IMG/VR virus record: IMGVR_UViG_3300010350_001258
Reading direction: 5' to 3' (one strand)
DNA length: 23,015 nucleotides
From: a virus
Position numbers and translations under genes: made by a program. Shown piece after piece: positions 18,201-23,015 of this stretch (the stretch's first letter is position 1; each line of letters begins with the position of its first letter). Below the pieces are notes generated by a model that did no database searches, had not been told where the DNA came from, and saw only the letters and a program-made list of their open reading frames with translations.

Positions 18201-18841
18201 ATCATTAATCCTGTTTTTTCCGCATATTCAGTTGTATCAATTATGATCTCATCAGCCCATTCCACAAGCTGATTTTCTTCATCAATTTCAAATAATTTAA
18301 TTTCAGGATCTCCATCAGTAAATCTAAAGATTAAATAGGGGTTAATAGGATCATAAGGCCTAATTAAAGCTCCTGTTGAAGATTCTTCGATAATCGTTAA
18401 GTGCTCAGTTTCGACAAGCCCTTGAGAAATAGGATTGAGGAATATCGCTGAACTAAAAGAAACAGCTGGATAAAGAAATGATGGATCCGGCAAAGTAATG
18501 GTTACGCTCTCTATTGCTGGAGAGGGATGTAAACTTGGATCTGCAATAAGAACACTCTTAAATCCAATAGAAACTTCGGAGGGGCTTAAGGTTTTGGGAT
18601 AAGTATTCGTATCAAATGAAAAAGAATAGTTTAATTTTACTTGTGTATCATCTGGATATTCCCATCCGCTATCTGTAACTTTAACTCCTACAATATAATT
18701 ACTTGGATCTGTTATAGCATAAGCGGCAGCTCCCGTTGCATCTGTATTCGTAGCAACAAAAGTAAGAGGCAAATATGAATCTGCAAATAAATTTAGAGGG
18801 CTTCCCGCTTTATCAAATATTTTCCAATTTTGATGATTCAT
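15200..18841 (-). CDS. Baseplate wedge protein, T4 gp7 / P2 gpI-like, with extended beta-rich C-terminal region
   Basis: Downstream of gp25-like and gp6-like genes. YIGTYKGLINAIKWLGY resembles the gpI/gp7 motif, and GAAAYA...IVGVKVTDSGWEY resembles T4-like wedge repeats. Two PKD/Ig-like ends: GDFYIEVFAWDGFNN and GTYDIQVESYDKYGN. Confidence 0.6.
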   Translation of the reverse strand: MNHQNWKIFDKAGSPLNLFADSYLPLTFVATNTDATGAAAYAITDPSNYIVGVKVTDSGWEYPDDTQVKLNYSFSFDTNTYPKTLSPSEVSIGFKSVLIADPSLHPSPAIESVTITLPDPSFLYPAVSFSSAIFLNPISQGLVETEHLTIIEESSTGALIRPYDPINPYLIFRFTDGDPEIKLFEIDEENQLVEWADEIIIDTTEYAEKTGLMINVGFRAETEGVFERRLRVFHKVGNTEYLIYEILVNAESVGPDERFDTLITNFGLPSPKANHTLFKEADINEDLPDWKLLNYKAKHIILEHDKIMPYIGTYKGLINAIKWLGYEDIQVKEWFKNVKDGQKLSLTVPYDAADRTKTLLYFSPDERRNLKKLNQLSLVYCLTRETGQIDQWGNPIVEECYNYNINEIFIKLYALKQWLERWIIGVNARITDITGEGVYFERFRNLVYGTNTIGSEAIFEQSISPDTLDESSELIRGDASIRLTLEELKKMPIEALQVRFKDLLKYCWDPSNGQFSLVDASLYWYDPSTVLVGSTFQFPFIDLFDIQWRASVEKTDAGTIIDKLVTKPLFVYENDLRFYNILDSSSQFYDVSSNLNILLENAILRDPSNDDWASSKAYEIYPDPSGLGYYWMESSSGLDLFKFNSYVNLIPDTGSVLLYEFDSNYRVPLLSFQNYKFTDASGIITSIPKKYFLDILDGKIVMDSSIQGSKPWVSDPSSGNIISVEYNLNWNYDTSLDEQMITVNVVYNSSRMPLAVYDPSIYYSIYGSDPYPARVIDNSIYIMTVNHTGDFYIEVFAWDGFNNIYSNKMETLYPVWTKFPRIYVITDNSLYSAPDVSSMSVLEVSTLISENPYPLFDRYIPLQGISLQFDASGSPYIEIPSITYFQDVMEPDSLNRFFNLTERVVSMNNPIITVDPDYQKFYDEDDIRIVQFDKGKYSLIREVSAHIDSISGNDLTISPWPIDISISGSAEVYVLNDTYRTTVNAANIGDNLVLDVSGYQFEVGQLTGVIVFDGSTGYSWGSSYRVTNVDGSTHTFDQTIPQFFINNPGKYSIKVKHAFSSYSDMTIPTDYAVEQFNTFKLYLKDSYCQEYFLDNTFVVINILFDQDYVNQQWYNASDNLINSEFYYHCKPIEVDSSTLVIFKAVYDPSNYMLDQKNIWTVKEHNESNILFRVFNESVPFIFDQIGTYDIQVESYDKYGNLKTQVWEGLVTVV

Positions 18842-18847
18842 GGATAA

Positions 18848-19144
18848 TTAATTAATGTTTATACTTTCTTTATCGTGTGCTATAGAAAAAGTCTTTTTGA
18901 TGTATTTTACTTGTTCCAGTATAAATTCTAGCATTCCCTCAAGTTGGGCAAAAAGAGGCTTTTGCCTTGGGTTTGACCAAAGTTCGGGGGAAGTCATCTT
19001 TTGTAAAATTTTACCTTGATAACCGTATCCAAGATTTAAAAAATTATCTGAAAGATGTTTAGCAGAATTAAGATAAGAGGGTCTAACTCTAAATCTTTGG
19101 CTCTTACTGCTTACTGCGTTTTGTTTTTGAGTTGCTGTTGCCAT
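18848..19144 (-). CDS. Small hypothetical protein in the baseplate operon
   Basis: 98-aa ORF coupled to the gp6-like stop (TAATG) and ending 6 nt before the gp7-like start. Confidence 0.75.
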   Translation of the reverse strand: MATATQKQNAVSSKSQRFRVRPSYLNSAKHLSDNFLNLGYGYQGKILQKMTSPELWSNPRQKPLFAQLEGMLEFILEQVKYIKKTFSIAHDKESININ

Positions 19145-21039
19145 TATAAGTTAGAAACAATAGTTTTATTTTGATTGGAATTAAAGTTAACTGGGGTAAT
19201 TCCCCTCAATTGAATATTTACTGTTGAAAGTCTATCCTTTGCAACTGAATCATCATAGGTAATCCCGAGTTGACTTTCGAATCCCCCTCTAATGAGAGGA
19301 TAAATATCCTTAACAGTTACTCTATTTCCAAATGCGTCTAATACAAATCTCTCAAGAATAATATCTCCGTAATCATCAAGTCCATATCCATTTCCATAAA
19401 TTTGGAAATTATTTTTATCTGCATCGAACCAGACAGAGACAGAGTCTACTCCATCGATGCCTTCAATTATTCTGACTAAATCTGATTGAGGAATTCTATC
19501 CCTTCTAGTATTTTTCAAGAAATAATCAGATGTTTTAGAGATAATTTGCTCCCTAATGTTGTTAAGATCGTAACCTTCATAGATAACTAAAGCAACATTA
19601 AGAACAAACTTAGGATAACGAAGGGTCATAATAGCATTATCTACAGTTAATATTCTTTGACCGCTTTCTTCAATTAGATCCAAAATTCCTTTCTTTTCAA
19701 GATCTGTTAATTGAAAAGAATCAAGCCCGCAAGTAAAATAATTCTGATTTGCAGGAATTCTTTGATTGACATCAGGAACTAAATAAAGATAAACGGTATT
19801 ATCGTCTTTCTTTTGTTCTTCAACTTGAGCCTGCCAATAATAAAGCTGATTCTGAGCATTATCTAATTCTGTTTTCTTAGCAAGAGATTGAGAAGCTGAA
19901 GCACCAACGGTTGCTAATAAAGTCCTGTATTGTTCGCTTATATTCTCATAAGTGGTTTTAGCTACATTATATTTGTCCACTGCATATCTGTCTTCAAAGG
20001 TTGAAAATCCAGGAATGGCATCAACAATCGTGAACATATTAAGCTTACGTAAAAAATAGATGTAGTTATCGGTATTAGCTAAAACAAAACTTCTTGACAT
20101 GTGAGGAGCAAGTAATCTTGTTAAGTAGACTGGCTCTTCATTAGCTCCAAATAAAACATCCTTCTGGATGGAAACCCTAAGAATTTTATTAAGATCTATT
20201 TCTTGGCTATTAATTGAATAACCCTTTCCTTCAAATTTCCAATTTGTTGTGGTTTTAGCTTCAGCAGTTCTAATATTTCCTGCATCCCCATCAGTTAACA
20301 AATATTCTACAAGGATCGTTGAACCAAGTGGGGGAACAGCACCATTATATCCATTTCCAAAGAATACGTCGATGCCGCCAGTTTGTCCTGTTTTAACTAT
20401 AACAGATTCTTCATTGAAATTCATATCAAGAATGGATTCTCTCTTTGCCCATTTTTTACCATTCACATAAATGTTAACAAAGAAATTATCTATGATGGAT
20501 CCTTTTTTAGCTTGAAAATTAAATGATTGTAAAGGATCCCCTGTTCCTGTTGACTGCTGATATTCTAATTTGCCTTGAACAATATTTACATCAACATAAT
20601 TGGTTACAGACCCAAGATCTAATCGAACCTCATTCCCAGGTAAAACTACTGTATATGTAAGTCCATTATAAGTTGATGTCAATCTTGTATAATTAGGAAT
20701 AACTGCGGTGTTTCCATAAATATCTAATTTCTGCCCATTATAGAATAATCTTAGAGTTCCCCTAGCAGCTACACCTCTGGATGAATTATGACCCGTTAAG
20801 CTTGCAAGTCCTTTTACACTTTGGGAACGAGAAGCTGTATTGATGTTTAATTCAGTAATGGAGTCTTCAATATAATATAGGATTGTCCTACCAATATTAA
20901 GAACAACCTGAAGAAGCTGACCCATAGGAGATGCCATGGTAAAATATTGTCCGGCATCTTCATACGTTTGTTTTATAAAGTTAATTGAATCCTGATATAA
21001 TTCAGATAATCGGATTCGGGCAGTTTTAATTATACTCAT
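19144..21039 (-). CDS. Baseplate wedge protein, T4 gp6 / baseplate J-like
   Basis: N-terminal helical region with ARS..SVKGLASLTGHN..RGVAARGTL. Central STGTGDPLQSF and VFFGNGYNGAVPPLGSTILVEYLLTDGDAGN motifs, followed by GANEEP and DNTVYLYLVP. Confidence 0.88.
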   Translation of the reverse strand: MSIIKTARIRLSELYQDSINFIKQTYEDAGQYFTMASPMGQLLQVVLNIGRTILYYIEDSITELNINTASRSQSVKGLASLTGHNSSRGVAARGTLRLFYNGQKLDIYGNTAVIPNYTRLTSTYNGLTYTVVLPGNEVRLDLGSVTNYVDVNIVQGKLEYQQSTGTGDPLQSFNFQAKKGSIIDNFFVNIYVNGKKWAKRESILDMNFNEESVIVKTGQTGGIDVFFGNGYNGAVPPLGSTILVEYLLTDGDAGNIRTAEAKTTTNWKFEGKGYSINSQEIDLNKILRVSIQKDVLFGANEEPVYLTRLLAPHMSRSFVLANTDNYIYFLRKLNMFTIVDAIPGFSTFEDRYAVDKYNVAKTTYENISEQYRTLLATVGASASQSLAKKTELDNAQNQLYYWQAQVEEQKKDDNTVYLYLVPDVNQRIPANQNYFTCGLDSFQLTDLEKKGILDLIEESGQRILTVDNAIMTLRYPKFVLNVALVIYEGYDLNNIREQIISKTSDYFLKNTRRDRIPQSDLVRIIEGIDGVDSVSVWFDADKNNFQIYGNGYGLDDYGDIILERFVLDAFGNRVTVKDIYPLIRGGFESQLGITYDDSVAKDRLSTVNIQLRGITPVNFNSNQNKTIVSNL

Positions 21040-21497
21040 AGTATTTTACTATATTTTTCTCGATTCTTTTTTAAATTTTTTAGCCAGTCCTGAATATCAT
21101 CAGTATAAACTAATTTTGTATCCCAGGATAAATGCCATTGGGGTCTATTTTCAATAGCTAAATCTGTTAAAACCTGAATAAGTTTTTTCCCATCATCTTC
21201 AGATAGACATTCAAATTTAACGGCATTACCCTCTAATACCCTAACAACCCTAACATAAAAATGGTTCCATTTAGATATTGAAATATCTTCCGGATTTACT
21301 CCTGCATTCATAAGTAATTCTACAGTTTTTGCTATATTTTCAATATGCAAATTTACTTTTTTATCTTCCTCCCCTGATTTATCCCAGGTGGTATCAAATT
21401 CGACCCCCTTTTGTTCAAGGGATTTTCGAATACCTATCTCAAGAGCATCCTTTGGATTTTTTCCTCTCTCAAAGTTAATATTTTCTCTAACTAACAT
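21036..21497 (-). CDS. FERG-tag protein (single module) inserted between gp25-like and gp6-like genes
   Basis: Starts MLVRENINFERGKNPKDALEIG. Overlaps both neighbours (TAATG and ATGA). Confidence 0.85.
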   Translation of the reverse strand: MLVRENINFERGKNPKDALEIGIRKSLEQKGVEFDTTWDKSGEEDKKVNLHIENIAKTVELLMNAGVNPEDISISKWNHFYVRVVRVLEGNAVKFECLSEDDGKKLIQVLTDLAIENRPQWHLSWDTKLVYTDDIQDWLKNLKKNREKYSKIL

Positions 21498-21859
21498 TAC
21501 TTAACTAATACTCCTATTGCTTTTTCATCATTGATATAAAAATCGATAACGCAGAAATCAAATCCATCTGCTTTACCAAATGAAACCGAAGGCTCTATTT
21601 TAAATTTGCTGGATTCAGAAATATATTGTTGTACTTGTTTCTTAATTTTTTCTTCCAGCTCAAGTTTGTTTATTCTTGTTTCAAAAATAAGGTCCTCAAT
21701 GCCCACTCCAAAATTAAGATCCCCTAAGACCTGTCCCTGAGTGGTTCCTAGAATCATTCTTATCTTTGAAATAATACTTTCTATTGGATCAGAATGTTCA
21801 AAAACCCCATAACGATAATTTGGGTCCTCGGGGTTTCTGATGTATATTTCTTTAACCAT
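21497..21859 (-). CDS. Baseplate wedge / sheath initiator, T4 gp25-like (GPW_gp25)
   Basis: IISKIRMILGTTQGQVLGDLNFGVGIEDLIFE...IKKQVQQYI matches the gp25 signature (L.T..GE....P.FG..l..llFE). 120 aa. Confidence 0.88.
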   Translation of the reverse strand: MVKEIYIRNPEDPNYRYGVFEHSDPIESIISKIRMILGTTQGQVLGDLNFGVGIEDLIFETRINKLELEEKIKKQVQQYISESSKFKIEPSVSFGKADGFDFCVIDFYINDEKAIGVLVK

Positions 21860-21868
21860 TCTAGTTTT

Positions 21869-21880
21869 TATTTATATATC
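21869..21880 (-). promoter_or_regulatory. T4-like late promoter GATATATAAATA (contains exact TATAAATA)
   Basis: 9 nt upstream of the gp25-like ATG, heading the baseplate operon. Confidence 0.7.
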
Positions 21881-21901
21881 TTTACCCTACGAAAAGACCA
21901 C

Positions 21902-21923
21902 AAAAAAAGCCCCCGAAGGGGCT
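21902..21923 (-). terminator. Intrinsic terminator with C(UUCG)G tetraloop
   Basis: The minus strand reads AGCCCC-TTCG-GGGGCT followed by a T-run, 21 nt after the stop at 21945. Confidence 0.92.
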
Positions 21924-21944
21924 GAGACAAGAAAAAATCGTATT

Positions 21945-22556
21945 TTATAAATTATTTACCATAAAATGCTTTCCTTCATAGACATTATGAATAAGTGAAG
22001 GAATATTGCTATTCTCTTTAAGATCCGCAAATTTCATCCCTACAAGTTTGTCCTGAAGATTAAGGCCTGGATTCTTCTTCTTAGCGTTATTGATATAAGC
22101 AGAATAATAAGGAATAAGCTTGTCATAATCGTTTTTGTCATAAAGGAGACGATTACTTTCTCCAATGCAAATATTATCGGTATCCTTATATCTTTGAACC
22201 GTAACAAATCCAGTTTCTGCAGGAAGCTGTTTACTCCATTTTTTGGAAAATTCGCCTTTTAGAATACCTTTAGAAAATAGGATCTTAAGAATGTCATGAT
22301 GAATTTTTTCAGAGAAATTTTCCATATAAATGTCACCATCTTTGGAAATAACTCCTCTGATATTAGGACCTAAAGAAGAAATAGAAGCAGGGTTTTTAAT
22401 GAGAGCCCATTTACCATCCCTTGCAATAATATCTTCAGATGAAATGGATGCTTGCTTTTCGCTTCTATCGGTTTCATCGGGGATGCCAAACATTCTTTCG
22501 GCTGCTTTATCAGCTACACCTTCTTGAATAACATCTATGACTTTTTTAGCTTTCAT
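21945..22556 (-). CDS. Hypothetical protein, N-terminal leader MKAKKVIDVIQE
   Basis: 203-aa ORF with its own promoter motif and terminator. Confidence 0.8.
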   Translation of the reverse strand: MKAKKVIDVIQEGVADKAAERMFGIPDETDRSEKQASISSEDIIARDGKWALIKNPASISSLGPNIRGVISKDGDIYMENFSEKIHHDILKILFSKGILKGEFSKKWSKQLPAETGFVTVQRYKDTDNICIGESNRLLYDKNDYDKLIPYYSAYINNAKKKNPGLNLQDKLVGMKFADLKENSNIPSLIHNVYEGKHFMVNNL

Positions 22557-22607
22557 GGAGTAAATGTACTAATTTTTTCCTTAGAAAAAAAATTTCCTAA
22601 GTTATTT

Positions 22608-22618
22608 TTATATTTATC
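22608..22618 (-). promoter_or_regulatory. Putative late promoter GATAAATATAA
   Basis: Exact copy of the motif at 3126 and 10130, directly after the Hsp20 terminator. Confidence 0.6.
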
Positions 22619-22620
22619 AC

Positions 22621-22647
22621 AAAAAAAGAGCCATTAGGCTCTTTTTT
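22621..22647 (-). terminator. Intrinsic terminator (potentially bidirectional)
   Basis: AAAAAAAGAGCC-ATTA-GGCTCTTTTTT, overlapping the Hsp20 stop codon. Confidence 0.88.
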
Positions 22648-23015
22648 ATTGAATTGCTATTCTTTTTTGTGTTTTAGATTCCTGAGATTTAAATTTAATT
22701 TCCAAAATTCCATCTTGTAATTTAGCTTCGACCGATTTAGAATCTATTCCAAATTTTCTCATTTTATAAGAGAATTTCTTTTCACCGATCCTTTTCTTTA
22801 GCTCCTCATTTTTGAGCTCCCCTTCTATAGTTATTCCCGTTGCATCAATATCTATTTGGATATCCTCTTTGGAAAAACCTGGAGCTTGAACAGTAATTAC
22901 CATTTGCTTATTTTCTTCATCGAAAAAATAATGAGCAGGCTCTGCGGAATAATCCCAGTCAATTTTTTTCAGCCAATTATTATTAAAAAAATCATTAAAG
23001 AAAAAATCATCAAAT
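22646..23015 (-). CDS. Small heat shock protein Hsp20 / alpha-crystallin family (5' partial)
   Basis: APGFSKEDIQI...ITIEG...VEAKLQDGILEI motifs. The frame stays open upstream of 22903 to the window edge (FDDFFFNDFFNNNW...), which is the Phe-rich N-terminus typical of sHSPs. Confidence 0.92.
   Translation of the reverse strand, partial: FDDFFFNDFFNNNWLKKIDWDYSAEPAHYFFDEENKQMVITVQAPGFSKEDIQIDIDATGITIEGELKNEELKKRIGEKKFSYKMRKFGIDSKSVEAKLQDGILEIKFKSQESKTQKRIAIQ

Noticed and set aside
15200-18841. D-x-S as the known Bacteroides O-glycosylation sequon
   Set aside because: The established sequon is D-(S/T)-(A/I/L/V/M/T), with Ser/Thr at +1 rather than +2, so the enrichment is reported only as unexplained.
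14849-20470. ORFs 14849-15049, 15795-16007, 17816-18040 and 20249-20470 (+)
   Set aside because: Antisense shadows within the minus-strand operon.
83-21859. Bacterial T6SS/eCIS locus rather than a phage
   Set aside because: T4-like late promoters, a UUCG terminator, homing endonucleases and many orphan ORFs fit a lytic phage. No TssJLM, ClpV or Afp15-like ATPase genes are seen.
22330-22637. ORFs 22330-22527 (+) and 22452-22637 (-)
   Set aside because: They overlap the 203-aa gene and its promoter/terminator, with no coding signal.
1-23015. tRNA, rRNA or structured ncRNA genes
   Set aside because: The largest gaps are the relic-filled ~160 nt before 3151 and gaps of under 100 nt explained by promoters and terminators. 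No cloverleaf or other recognisable RNA was found.

Overview
AT-rich, gene-dense window read in the standard genetic code. It most likely comes from a large T4-like (myovirus/jumbo) phage, possibly with a Bacteroidota host (inferred from a Bacteroidota-style M23 peptidase and AT-rich, SD-poor starts). Structural genes: a tail-tube-fold candidate, a gp5/gpV-like spike without a lysozyme domain, and a minus-strand baseplate wedge operon (gp25-like, gp6-like, gp7-like). Other content: an M23 peptidase, an intact GIY-YIG/NUMOD3 homing endonuclease, a frameshifted NUMOD3 remnant, an isochorismatase-like hydrolase, a partial Hsp20, T4-late-like promoters (GATAAATATAA / GATATATAAATA) and two intrinsic terminators. 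The most striking signal is a ~20-aa peptide tag, [ILVM]xE-(S/N)(I/L)(N/D)FERGxDPKx(S/A)(M/L)xIG, present 13 times in 5 ORFs. Each copy heads an apparently unrelated ~95-160 aa cargo domain, and one 862-aa ORF is a chain of seven such modules. Almost every tag starts with a hydrophobic-x-Glu triplet like the T4 prohead-protease site. This suggests an undescribed tag-and-cargo system for packaging and processing virion-internal proteins (inference, untested). All counts are by hand; no database searches were run.
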